From positions 320,001 to 384,000 of the forward strand of contig CAXVYR010000003.1 in NCBI GenBank assembly GCA_963666975.2: a DNA stretch of 64,000 nucleotides. The letters are read 5' to 3'. The translations under genes were made by a program, and so were the position numbers. The stretch comes from Terriglobia bacterium (GTDB lineage: Bacteria; Acidobacteriota; Terriglobia; 2-12-FULL-54-10). The notes beneath the pieces are model-generated. The model ran no database searches and was not told the origin of the DNA. It was given only the letters and a program-made list of their open reading frames with translations. Positions 11,335-21,530 of the stretch are shown here, piece after piece; position 1 is the stretch's first letter; every line of letters begins with the position of its first letter.

Positions 11335-12448
11335 ACAGGCAGCGGTGGAGGCTGGGAGGAACTCGGCCGATTGATCGTAAAGGTCTCCTCCAACCCTTCG
11401 CGCAAGCTGGCGGCTGCTGCCGGATGATCGCACTCGATCATCCCAGCGAGCTTTTTTATGCGCACGATGCCTTCCTCGGTTGGGGCAATCGCCAGGCGGC
11501 CGGATCAGCGACCGCACCTGTCGCCGCATTTTGTCGCCCTTTGGTAACCGAGCCACGTTGCGCAGCTTATGAGTACGGCAACGCTGCACCACTGATTGCT
11601 GCCTACTTCCTCGATCCGCGGGGCGCTTTGGCGCCGTCGATCAAACAGATAGCGCTGATCCGTGCGCAGACCTTGCGGCGCAGGCGGGTGAGAAGGTCTT
11701 TCCGCAGCGGCGTTTTCGGTCGCGCCCAGTTGAATCCCCAGCAATGCTTGCGGCCCTGCTGTCCACGCCCACGGCGCTGATGACGTGGTGGGAGCCGAAC
11801 CGCATTTCCTTCGCCAGAATCTCGACCTCCTCCCAGCGCCGCGCCAACAGTTCTTCCAGCCGCCGCGCTCCTTGCTCGGCCGCTTCCCGGCTCACCTGAG
11901 ACTTCGACACCCCAACTGTTGGCCATCTCCGGGATCACCTCGCGGTAGTTCCGCGTCGAAACCCCCAACAGTGCCTCGAACATCTCCTCGCCCGTCTTCT
12001 CGCTTTTCCGCGCTTTAGGCCGGCACCGCTTCTTCCCCTCCGCCCTTCCGGCGCACCGGGGCCGAGCAGCTGGCGATCGGCCAGTTTCATCAATTGCCGG
12101 CCATGCCAGCGCACCTCTCCGCTCGCCTTCCCGGGACTCTTTGGCCCCGCGATTTGCTCTGCGCTCATGCTCAGAATCGTTTCAATCAAACCTCGCCCGG
12201 CCCGATCAATCACCTCATCCACCGCCAGACGCGCCTCCGTGATCAGATCCACCACCGGCAACAGCATCTGTCCGTTGGTTTGGCAAAACTTCTGGATGGT
12301 TTCTTCGGCTCCCTTGGAACCCAGTTCCAAAACGTGATATTTTCCCTTCATTCGGCGGTTCTCCTTCTATAGGATTTAGGCTTGGCCCGATTCTATTCGA
12401 TTCGGGCCGAACCGCCGTTCAACCTTCAACTATGTATGGGACACCCTC
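11335..12448 (-). mobile_element. IS256-family element, degenerate/truncated copy of the element at 61264-62712
   Basis: Near-identical to the 61264 copy at the left end and 5' coding region, then many small deletions; right end missing. Confidence 0.9.
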
Positions 12449-12723
12449 AAGTTAAACGGCCAACCACAAGTGCCCTTGTTTCGCGCAAATCGCAGGACAA
12501 GGACTCACCTCGGCCGCCACTTGGCGACTACACAGGACCTATCCGGGGAAAAGCGGCCAAACTCCATTCAAACCAAGTGCTTGCAGCAGCCTTTCCTTCG
12601 CCGAAACCCAATTGATCGTCCCGTTATTCGGCCAATCGTCTCGGCAATTCTTTGCAAGGCGCTCCCGATCAACGCTAACTACTAGTCAGGGGGTTATTTC
12701 CCACAACGCCGTTTTCCAGTTTC
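12449..12723 (-). repeat. Dispersed non-coding repeat, copy with ACGGC(C/G) core sites at both ends
   Basis: 12520-12723 is the reverse complement of about 36815-37035 (for example gctgctgcaagcacttggtttgaatggagtttggccgc). Confidence 0.85.
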
Positions 12724-12796
12724 CGAGTCGCCGACCATAATATCCCGGAATGGGTCTGTTGCCGACGCACTCGGGCACTATCCCGGATTTCCTTTT

Positions 12797-13072
12797 TGGA
12801 CGTTCCCCCCTCCCTGCTTCCTTTATGGAAGTTTCGTCGGCAACCTTCTGTCCAACGTTAATATTGATGGGAGTTCGAGCGTCAACCTTCCAGAGGTGTA
12901 AACCCATTGGTGAGAGCCAAAAACAGGGATTTCAGTTTAGGTCTGACCTTACGTGATATGGGACAGGAGGAGAATGGAATAAGTTATTTACCTTCAGTGG
13001 GCAGGCGGGGAAACTGACTTTCACTTCCAGCTTCGTGGACGTTCCCCCCTCCCTGCTTCCTTTACTGGAAGT
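12797..13072 (+). repeat. 36/37-bp direct repeat pair TGGACGTTCCCCCCTCCCTGCTTCCTTTA(C)TGGAAGT
   Basis: Copies at 12797-12832 and 13036-13072 differ by one inserted C. Confidence 0.9.
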
Positions 13073-13448
13073 AGTGTGCGAAGAAGGCTCTGGCTCCGGC
13101 GATAACGTGGGCATTCCCTTTGGCCTCTTTGCATTCAGTGTACCCCTTATCGGGTTGTGCTCACGGTGACAGTCGGTGGGATTACAGTCGCTTCGGCCAC
13201 GGCTTCCTTCACCGCACAGTGAACTGCCTTTCAGTTCGGGACTCGTTATTGGGTGGCAAACCCCCTACATAAGGTGTTGGGTGTATAATTTACGCGACCA
13301 GGTTGAAATGGAAATTCTCGATGTCAAGACCCTGATGACTGCGATCGTAGGCAAGGTAGTTTTCAAAGACCCCATTTTTAGCTGGCCGAATGGGTTAGCA
13401 AGCTCCTGAGAGATTAGCACTACGTGAGGCTGCGACAGAAGGAGGGTT

Positions 13449-13832
13449 TTGGTGGCGGAACTATCTGCGAAAATTAATCAGCTTGTTTCAAAAATGCTAC
13501 AGAAGCGGTTCTTTGTCGTGCACCTTGTCCCACTGAAAACAATGGACAACATGCTGCCGATCTTACCGGAGCATCTTGAGTACATGATAGGCCTCGAGAA
13601 CCGGGGTGTCCTATTTGCCTCGGGCCCTTTCCTCGAGGCCGAAGGCAAATTGTCTGGTGAAGGGATGATGATTCTTCGAGCGTCTTCGTCGGAACAGGCA
13701 ATGGCTATCGCAGCAGAGGACCCCTTTCATAAAGCCGGGCTAAGGAACTTCGAGGTAAAGGAATGGCAGGTCAATGAGGGGCGGCTTAACGTGACCGTAA
13801 ATTTTTCTAACGGCAGCTATTCGATTGAGTGA
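13449..13832 (+). CDS. YciI-like protein
   Basis: EHLEY...LFASGPF...GMMILRA...AAEDPFH; RBS aaggagg. Confidence 0.85.
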   Translation: MVAELSAKINQLVSKMLQKRFFVVHLVPLKTMDNMLPILPEHLEYMIGLENRGVLFASGPFLEAEGKLSGEGMMILRASSSEQAMAIAAEDPFHKAGLRNFEVKEWQVNEGRLNVTVNFSNGSYSIE

Positions 13833-13868
13833 AATCTAGCAATCCTTGGCGCCAATGCTGACTGGGAT

Positions 13869-14789
13869 ATGCCTAACGAACACCGGAAGGGAAATGAGGT
13901 GCCCACAAGAGTCGGAGTCATCGGACTCGGGCAGATGGGCCTGCCCGTCGCAGTAAACCTCCTCAAGGCAGGTTTCCAAGTCAGGGGATACCGCAGGTCA
14001 GCGATGTCCGACTTTGTGGCGGCCGGGGGCATAGCTGCCAGTGCGTGTCGCGAGGTTGCCGAAAACTCAGACATTGTCATAACCTGCCTGCCGACTAACC
14101 AGTCCCTCGTTCAAGCGGTGTCTGGGCCTCAGGGTCTGACGACCGGCGCGCACGAAGGCTTGGACGTCATAGAACTCAGCACCATTCCGCTGCAGGTTAA
14201 GCTGGCGCAGAAGACCTCCCTGGAAACGGTCGGAGCAACCATGCTCGATTGTCCCATCAGCGGTGTCCCCGCGATGGCCGAAGCAAGAACTGCCGTTCTT
14301 TTCATCAGCGGTGAAACAGATGTTGTCGAACGGTGCAAGCCGGTTTTCGAGGCCTTCGCTCCGAAAAATTTTTATCTAGGTGAGTTCGGTCGCGGGCTGA
14401 AGATGAAGCTTGTCGCGAATTTCCTGGTCGCCGTGCACAACATGGCAGCGGCCGAGGCCATGGTACTGGGCACGAGGTCCGGATTCGATCCGCATCTCAT
14501 GGCTCAAGTCATCAAAGCGAGCGCCGCCACCTCTAAGCAGTTCGACATCCGCGCCCCGCTGATGGCGAAGAGAGCCTTCACAGAGCCAACCGCGCCCACA
14601 ACATTATTGTGGGATTCTATCGAGATCATCTCGACCCACGCAGCCGATCTCGGTTTGTCAGCACCGTTGCTTACTGCCGCCAAACAATATTACCGTAAAA
14701 TGCTCGATCTCGGTCGCGGCTCGCAGGACATCGCAGCGATGTTTGAGGTGCTGGATGAGGAAGCTGAACCCGCTCCGAATGGTGTTTGA
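13869..14789 (+). CDS. NAD(P)-dependent beta-hydroxyacid dehydrogenase family (3-hydroxyisobutyrate dehydrogenase-like)
   Basis: VGVIGLGQMG Rossmann motif, LDCPISG, MKLVANF. Confidence 0.9.
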   Translation: MPNEHRKGNEVPTRVGVIGLGQMGLPVAVNLLKAGFQVRGYRRSAMSDFVAAGGIAASACREVAENSDIVITCLPTNQSLVQAVSGPQGLTTGAHEGLDVIELSTIPLQVKLAQKTSLETVGATMLDCPISGVPAMAEARTAVLFISGETDVVERCKPVFEAFAPKNFYLGEFGRGLKMKLVANFLVAVHNMAAAEAMVLGTRSGFDPHLMAQVIKASAATSKQFDIRAPLMAKRAFTEPTAPTTLLWDSIEIISTHAADLGLSAPLLTAAKQYYRKMLDLGRGSQDIAAMFEVLDEEAEPAPNGV

Positions 14790-14948
14790 TAGGAGGGTCT
14801 GTGGGGTGCCGAAGGGCGCCTGAATCATGATGGATCGGCTGGCGGACCGTTCTGGTCTAAATTAAGCTCACGTTTTCCAGTGTTATCTTGAACCGGGTTC
14901 CCCAGAATGAGCGAGTTATATCTACGAGGAGATTTCCAGGAGGTATTC

Positions 14949-17024
14949 ATGGGAGTCATTTGTTGTATTGATGTGGGCGGCACGTTTACCGACTGTCTGG
15001 TGCTGGACGAAAGTGGGGAACTGAAGGAATACAAGGTTCTCTCTACTCCGCAGGATCCCAGTTTGGCTGTGATGAATTCCCTAGAGAAGGCAGCGGCATC
15101 GAGAGGAGAGCGTTTTCAGGTTTTCACAAAGGGAATAGACCGGATTATTCACGGAACGACCCTGGCAACTAACGCTTTGCTCACAGGCAAGGGGGCGAAG
15201 GTGGGGCTCATTACCACGAAGGGATTTCGTGACGTATTGGAGATCCGGCGCGGGTATAAGAATATTCGCACGACAATGTTCAATGTTTTTATTCCTCCCT
15301 ACCAACCATTGGTTCCCCGCCACCGGCGATTGGGAGTGGAAGAACGGATAATGTATTCTGGAAAAGTTTTGGTTCCGTTGAATGAGAAGGAGACAGAAGA
15401 GGCCGCGCAAAAACTGAAAGAGCAGAACGTCGAGGCGGTGGCCGTGTGTTTCTTGCACAGCTATGGGAACTCTGAGAACGAGGTAAAGGCCCTGGAGACT
15501 TGTAAGAAGGTCTTCAATGGCGTCTATTTGACAGCTTCCCATGAGGTGCTCCCCGTTGGAGGAGAATACGAACGGTTCAGCACAACGGTGGTCGGAGCCT
15601 ACGTTGGACCGCTCTTGTCCTCTTACCTTGACAATTTGGAAAGCCGGCTGAACAAGGCGGGGTGCAAGGCTAACTTCTTGTTGGTGCAGGCAGATGGCTT
15701 GGTGCAATCTATAGCCGAATCGAAGAGGAAGGCAGTTTATATGGTGGAATCGGGGCCGGCGGCTGGCCCCAGCGCTGCCATTTATTGTGGCTTACAAACG
15801 GGGTTCAAGGACCTGATTTCGATCGACATGGGAGGCACAAGTTTTGACGTTTGCCTGATTCGGGAGGGTGATATTCCCACAACTCACGAATCCTGGAAGG
15901 GCGACGAGCGCGTGGCGATTAAGATGGTGGATGTGCGTACCGCCGGAGCGGGAGGAGGCAGCATAGCCTGGATCGACAGCCTGGGCCTAATGCGAGTGGG
16001 TCCCCAGAGCGCTGGCGCAGATCCTGGGCCAGCCTGTTATCAACGCGGCGGCACGGAGGCAACTGTTACCGATGCAGACGTACTGTTGGGCTACATTGCT
16101 GCGGACAATTTTCTCAGGGGCGAGATGAAGCTCGATTCCGACCTATCCCAAAAAGCCATCTCCGCGTTGGGGAAGAAGTTGGGCACCGACTCAATGGCCA
16201 CCGCACAGGCGATTTTTCATACCGTAAACTCCTTCATGGCAGACCAGATCACCGAGATCTCCACCAAACGGGGCTATGATGTTCGGGATTTTGCGATCGT
16301 GTCCGGTGGGGGAGCCGGTCCCGTGCATGCAGCCGGTTTGGCGGACATTTTGGAAATACCCGTCGTGTTGGTGCCCGGGTTCCCAGCCTCTTTTAGCGCA
16401 TTTGGAATGTTCACGTCGGAGGTGGGCCGGGAGTACGTGCGCGCGTACATTTCTATGGCCTCCCGGGCCGATCTTTCAGCCATAAATTCTATTTACCGCG
16501 AGCTGGAATCCGAGGCTTTACAAGCCTTCGCCTCGTTCCAGATCAAGCCGGAACAGGTGAAGCTTTCGCGCCTGATGGAACTACGCTATGCGGGCCAGTA
16601 CCACCAAGTCGAGATTGCCAACATCCCGCAGGCTGTCCTTGAGGCCAAAGATCTGGATGGAATCTTGGAGCGCTTTCACCGCCGACATGAGGAACTCTAT
16701 ACCTTTAACATGCCTTTCCGCGCTGTTGAGATTCTGGCCTTGCGCGTGAAGGCCAGCACCCCCAACCCCCCCATCGAAATGAGCAAGATAGAAGAAGGCG
16801 GAGCCGATCCGGGCCCGGCGTTTAAGGGCACTCGTGAATGTTTCTTCTCTGATCAAGGAAGATTCGTCAAAACTTCGGTTTATGAGGGGCCCCGTCTTCG
16901 TGCGGGGAACGAGATTCCCGGCCCCGCCTTGATTGAGGAAGGGACCACGGTTGTGGTGATTCCCAGCACCTTCCGCTGCGTTGTGGATCGGTCTAAGAAT
17001 TATATTTTGAGGAGGAATTCATGA
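14949..17024 (+). CDS. Hydantoinase/oxoprolinase A subunit (ATP-binding; acetophenone carboxylase gamma-like)
   Basis: IDVGGTFTD, HGTTLATNA, ESGPAAG, DMGGTSFD, GAGGGSIAW, GADPGPACY. Confidence 0.93.
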   Translation: MGVICCIDVGGTFTDCLVLDESGELKEYKVLSTPQDPSLAVMNSLEKAAASRGERFQVFTKGIDRIIHGTTLATNALLTGKGAKVGLITTKGFRDVLEIRRGYKNIRTTMFNVFIPPYQPLVPRHRRLGVEERIMYSGKVLVPLNEKETEEAAQKLKEQNVEAVAVCFLHSYGNSENEVKALETCKKVFNGVYLTASHEVLPVGGEYERFSTTVVGAYVGPLLSSYLDNLESRLNKAGCKANFLLVQADGLVQSIAESKRKAVYMVESGPAAGPSAAIYCGLQTGFKDLISIDMGGTSFDVCLIREGDIPTTHESWKGDERVAIKMVDVRTAGAGGGSIAWIDSLGLMRVGPQSAGADPGPACYQRGGTEATVTDADVLLGYIAADNFLRGEMKLDSDLSQKAISALGKKLGTDSMATAQAIFHTVNSFMADQITEISTKRGYDVRDFAIVSGGGAGPVHAAGLADILEIPVVLVPGFPASFSAFGMFTSEVGREYVRAYISMASRADLSAINSIYRELESEALQAFASFQIKPEQVKLSRLMELRYAGQYHQVEIANIPQAVLEAKDLDGILERFHRRHEELYTFNMPFRAVEILALRVKASTPNPPIEMSKIEEGGADPGPAFKGTRECFFSDQGRFVKTSVYEGPRLRAGNEIPGPALIEEGTTVVVIPSTFRCVVDRSKNYILRRNS

Positions 17025-18790
17025 ACACGGTCGAATCCCCAACAAAACTGCATCCTGTAACTGTCGCCACAGTCTGGCATTCTATGCAGACGATTTGCCA
17101 TGAGATGCGGCACGTCATCGATCGGACGGCTCAGTGCTTCCTGATTGCGCTGCTGCACGACATCTCGGTCGGCATCTGGGATGGCCAGGGTCGGCACACC
17201 ATCGCTATTCCCACTGGGTTGCCGGTTCAATTTATGGGTGGCAAGTACACGATGCGCTACATCCTGGAACAGTTCGGAGACGAAATCTACCCAGGCGACG
17301 TGTTTCTCACTAATGATCCCTACCATGGCGCGAGTTGCCATCTGCCGGATTGGGCCTTCATTCGCCCGATCTTTTTTGAAGACGAGATGGTGTTCTTTAC
17401 GATGGCGAGGGCCCACCAGTATGATACTGGTGGCTCCTTCCCAGGCGGCTATTTTCCGAATGCATACGACATACATGCCGAGGGGATCTGTATCCCCCCG
17501 GTTAAGGTCTTCGAGCGCGGGGTGGAGCGCAAAGATATTTTTCAACTGGTATGGAACAACACCCGCTGGCCGGAAGGAGTTCGGGTAGACAACTACGCTA
17601 TGATCGCCGCCACGAAGGTCTGCGAGAAACGACTGGTGGGGTTAATGAAGAAATACGGGAAGGAAGTCGTCAAGGAGTGCGTTGACGAGATGCTCCGTCG
17701 CACGGAGAAAGCGGTGCGGGCGGAGGTTACCAAAATTCCTGACGGCACGTACTCTTCCGAATCCTCGACCGACGATGACGGGACTGAGCTAGACGTGCCA
17801 GTCACGGTACGGTTGGACCTGACGGTCCGCGGTGAGGAGATGATCCTGGACTTTTCACGCAGTGACGGGCAACGCAGGGGGTTTGTGAACAGCATCTATG
17901 CCTCCACATACAGTAACGCCATGGCGGCGACTCTGATTTTTTTCGATCCCGAATTGGCGGACTTTCACAACGAAGGAAGCATGGCGCCGATTAGCATAAT
18001 CGCTCCGGAAGGGTCCGTGTTGAATGCGCGCTATCCTGCCACCGTCGGGGCCTCCCCCGTCGCGATGGGGACTCACACGATGGAAGCGGTGTTGTTGGCC
18101 TTATCCAAGGCGATGCCGAACCACGCCGTTGCCCCATGGGCACGACACTACTCCCACTACATCTTCGGAGTCGATCCGCGGACCGGTGTGCAATATGTGC
18201 AGACGACCTTTGACTCCGACGGAGGCGCTGGGGCTATGAGCGGTTATGACGGATTCGAGGGAGCTGCCACCCTAGCCACGCTGGCCGAGGTCAACCGGTC
18301 CAATACGGAGGAGGTGGAGATCCGGGTGCCCTGGCGGATGCTGCACTACGAATTCGCCACGGATACGGCCGGGGTCGGTAAGTGGCGTGGGGCTTCCGGC
18401 GTACGCTGGGAAATGATCAACGAAGGTGGAGATTCTGGGATGGCCACCGGCAGTGCGGACGGGGAACATCCTGGATGCAATCCCTCCGGAGTGCAGGGCG
18501 GCGGTGACGGTCCGCTCAACCAGTGCCACATCATCCACAATGGGGAGAAACGGGTTGCCCTGGGCCATCGTATGCACTCCCTCAAGAAAGGCGATATCGT
18601 TGCCAAACTGGCCGGAGGCGGTGCCGGGGTGGGTAACCCCGCCGAGCGTGATCCGGAAAAAGTCCGCGAGGATGTCCTTAATGAATTCTTCTCGACCGAA
18701 AAGGCGCGGGATGTTTTCAAGGTCGTTTTCAAACCGGGCACCCTGCAGATTGACCGTGAAGCCACACAGGCTCTTCGAAAGAAGGCTTAG
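17021..18790 (+). CDS. Hydantoinase/oxoprolinase B subunit
   Basis: PGDVFLTNDPY...HLPD, AHQYDTGG, GVGKWRG, GGGAGVGNP; ATGA overlap with subunit A. Confidence 0.93.
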   Translation: MNTVESPTKLHPVTVATVWHSMQTICHEMRHVIDRTAQCFLIALLHDISVGIWDGQGRHTIAIPTGLPVQFMGGKYTMRYILEQFGDEIYPGDVFLTNDPYHGASCHLPDWAFIRPIFFEDEMVFFTMARAHQYDTGGSFPGGYFPNAYDIHAEGICIPPVKVFERGVERKDIFQLVWNNTRWPEGVRVDNYAMIAATKVCEKRLVGLMKKYGKEVVKECVDEMLRRTEKAVRAEVTKIPDGTYSSESSTDDDGTELDVPVTVRLDLTVRGEEMILDFSRSDGQRRGFVNSIYASTYSNAMAATLIFFDPELADFHNEGSMAPISIIAPEGSVLNARYPATVGASPVAMGTHTMEAVLLALSKAMPNHAVAPWARHYSHYIFGVDPRTGVQYVQTTFDSDGGAGAMSGYDGFEGAATLATLAEVNRSNTEEVEIRVPWRMLHYEFATDTAGVGKWRGASGVRWEMINEGGDSGMATGSADGEHPGCNPSGVQGGGDGPLNQCHIIHNGEKRVALGHRMHSLKKGDIVAKLAGGGAGVGNPAERDPEKVREDVLNEFFSTEKARDVFKVVFKPGTLQIDREATQALRKKA

Positions 18791-18949
18791 CTCAGACTAG
18801 ACCGAGCGGGTGATAGACCGTCGCAGCAGCGCAGGCCATTATTCATGGTCATTTGGTGAAAGTCGGACCGCTTATGTGCTCCGGATTCGGTTGGCCCAAA
18901 AGTATCTATGCGGATCGGTCACTCGGAACATATGTCCGAGGCGAAATGG

Positions 18950-20059
18950 ATGACAACTCCCCGAAGGAACTTCCTCAAAGAGCTGGGATGGTTAACTCTT
19001 GGGATGGCCGGTTTCTCGGTCTTCCCCATGGCAAAATTGCTGCCCGCCCAAAGCTCTTTTCGCAGAATTGACGTTTTTCCTCACATCTGGCCGAAGAAAT
19101 TCTTTGACCGTTATCGGAGGAAGACAGTCGGCTGCAACTTGGATAGACTGAACAAGGCCTTTCCGACTCTATCCGATCTAGATCGCCGATTCCGCACCAT
19201 GGATCAGTTTGAGAATTACTTCCAGGTGCTGACTCTTGCCTCCCCTCCGGTTGAAGAATGCCTTGGGCCGCAGGATAGCGCTGAGCTGGCGCAACTGGCG
19301 AATGATGAGATGACGGAACTGGTTTCCCGGTATCCCCAGCGCTTCGTGGGCGCGGTGGCTTGTTTGCCGATGAATAACCTCAAAGCTGCCAGTCTAGAAT
19401 TAGAACGAGCAATCGAGCAACTGGGTATGAAAGGCGTCCAGCTTTATACTAACATCAACGGCCAGCCTCTCGATCGGCCGGAATATCTAGAAATCTTCGA
19501 CCAGATGGCTCGTTATGACCTTCCCGTATGGATGCACCCATGGCGCGTTAATGCCCTACCCGACCATCTTTATCCGGACTACCCTCGCGGGAAGGAGTCC
19601 CTTTACGAGTTCACGCTCAAGATGGGTTGGCCCTATGACACCACACTGTTCATGTTTCGCCTGGTCTTTACCGGTATTTTCGACCGGAATCCGGATCTAA
19701 AAGTTATCATTCACCATCTGGGGGCCATGATTCCGTACTTTCGGGGGAGAATCGAAAATTTCGTTCCAGGCCCTGCCCTCCAGAGGTTAAAGCAGCAGCC
19801 GTACGAGTATTTTCGGATGTTCTACGCCGACACGGCCGTACAGGGCGGCGCGAGCCAGGGCATTGCTAGCGTTATGGAAGCGGGAATCGATTTTTTTGGG
19901 CCGGATCATGTCCTGTTCGGCACAGACATGCCTTTTGATCTCGAGGGGGGAAAGCATTTTACCGAGGAAACGATTGTCGCGCTGGAGGCCGCACGGTTTT
20001 CGGCAGATGAAAAAAGGAAGATGTTCGAAGGCAACGCTGTCCGGTTGCTTGGATTATAA
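18950..20059 (+). CDS. Amidohydrolase_2 family (ACMSD/decarboxylase-like) with twin-arginine signal
   Basis: PRRNFLK; IDVFPH, VWMHP, IIHHLG, FYADTA, LFGTDMPF. Confidence 0.88.
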   Translation: MTTPRRNFLKELGWLTLGMAGFSVFPMAKLLPAQSSFRRIDVFPHIWPKKFFDRYRRKTVGCNLDRLNKAFPTLSDLDRRFRTMDQFENYFQVLTLASPPVEECLGPQDSAELAQLANDEMTELVSRYPQRFVGAVACLPMNNLKAASLELERAIEQLGMKGVQLYTNINGQPLDRPEYLEIFDQMARYDLPVWMHPWRVNALPDHLYPDYPRGKESLYEFTLKMGWPYDTTLFMFRLVFTGIFDRNPDLKVIIHHLGAMIPYFRGRIENFVPGPALQRLKQQPYEYFRMFYADTAVQGGASQGIASVMEAGIDFFGPDHVLFGTDMPFDLEGGKHFTEETIVALEAARFSADEKRKMFEGNAVRLLGL

Positions 20060-20245
20060 GTTGTGGACCCGCTGACGCGAGCTAGTGGAAACCGGACCCG
20101 AGGAAATACGAGTTCGTCTGAGGACACAATGTGAAGCCGTTTGGCGAATGTGGTGATGGCAAAGGCAACCCGTTTGGCTGAGGGAGAGTTGGCGAATGTT
20201 TACGACAAAGGTCATTCCGGCCCAGAAGGTTCTTGAGGTCTAAAC

Positions 20246-20506
20246 GTGAAGATTAAGATTAAGATGCCCAAGCTAGGGATGAGCATGCAAAGTGCAGTCA
20301 TTCTGCAATGGCTGAAGTCCGAGGGCCAGCAGATAAAGAAGGGAGAACCGCTGGTGGAGATTCAGACGGAAAAGGTGGACACGGTGGTCGAGTCCGCTTT
20401 CAACGGGACTCTCCTGAAGATCCTTGCAGAGATTGACAATAACGTTCCGGTGGGAACGGTAATCGCGGAGATTGAGAGTACCCAAACAAGTGAGGCGATG
20501 AGATGA
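20246..20506 (+). CDS. Stand-alone lipoyl carrier domain protein
   Basis: MPKLG...EPLVEIQTEKVDTVVES...VPVGTVIAEI. Confidence 0.9.
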   Translation: MKIKIKMPKLGMSMQSAVILQWLKSEGQQIKKGEPLVEIQTEKVDTVVESAFNGTLLKILAEIDNNVPVGTVIAEIESTQTSEAMR

Positions 20507-21519
20507 GTACCACTGCTGCGTTCACTTCAGATAAGGATTTTCTGGCAGGCATGTATCAAAAAATGCTCACGATTCGCCTGCTGGAGGAGAAAGTCCTTCA
20601 GTTATTAATGGAAGGCGAAGTTCCTGACCTCTATCCTTGTGCAGGCCAAGAAGCAGTGCCGGTGGGAGTGTGCGCCGCCTTGCGCCCGCAGGATTTGATC
20701 ACAGGAACATACCGCGGGATGGGACACATGGTAGCCAAGGGTGCCGACTTGAAGCCTATCTTCGCGGAGCTTTATGGAAGGAAGACCGGTTGCTGCAAAG
20801 GCAAGGGTGGCGCTAAACACCTAGCTGCTTTTGACAAAGGAGTCATGGGTGCTTATGCCATCGTCGGTGCCAGCATCCCGATCGCAGTGGGATTGGCTCT
20901 GGCGGCTAAGATGTTAGGCAAAGATCAACTGGTTGCGTGTTTCTTTGGGGATGGGGCATCTAACCAGGGGAGCTTCCACGAAAGTTTGAACCTGGCATTT
21001 ATCTGGAGAGTGCCCGTGATCTTCGTCTGTGAGAATAACCTCTATGCTGCCTCAACCCCCCTGAAGACCAGTACCGCTGTAGATCATATCGCCAAACGCG
21101 CCGACGGCTATGCGATCAAAGGCTTGACGATTGACGGAAATGATGTGGAAGCGGTTTACCAGGCAACCAAGGAAGCAGCTACCCGAGCGTTGCGGGGAGA
21201 ACCAACGCTTCTGGAGTGCCTGACCTACCGTTATGGAGGCCACTTCGCCGCAGAGGACCGGATCGGGTGGAACTACCGCACCGCGGAGGAAATTGCGAGG
21301 TGGAAGAAACAGGACCCTCTAGAGCGTGCCGAGATCATCTTGAAGGACCGGTTCGGTTGGTCCAGTTCAGAAAAGAAAATGTTAGAAAAGGGTATCCGCG
21401 AAGAGATCGAAGAAGCGCTGGAGTTTGCCCGGCAGAGTCCGCCCCCGCAACCCTTGGAAGCGTTAGAGGATTGCTACTTTGAAATGGACCATAATTTTCT
21501 CTGGCGTTGGCCGGAGTAG
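20503..21519 (+). CDS. TPP-dependent dehydrogenase E1 alpha subunit (AcoA/PdhA-like)
   Basis: GQEA, KGKGG, FFGDGASNQG...CENN, TYRYGGH. Confidence 0.93.
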   Translation: MSTTAAFTSDKDFLAGMYQKMLTIRLLEEKVLQLLMEGEVPDLYPCAGQEAVPVGVCAALRPQDLITGTYRGMGHMVAKGADLKPIFAELYGRKTGCCKGKGGAKHLAAFDKGVMGAYAIVGASIPIAVGLALAAKMLGKDQLVACFFGDGASNQGSFHESLNLAFIWRVPVIFVCENNLYAASTPLKTSTAVDHIAKRADGYAIKGLTIDGNDVEAVYQATKEAATRALRGEPTLLECLTYRYGGHFAAEDRIGWNYRTAEEIARWKKQDPLERAEIILKDRFGWSSSEKKMLEKGIREEIEEALEFARQSPPPQPLEALEDCYFEMDHNFLWRWPE

Positions 21520-21530
21520 GTAGAAAAAGC

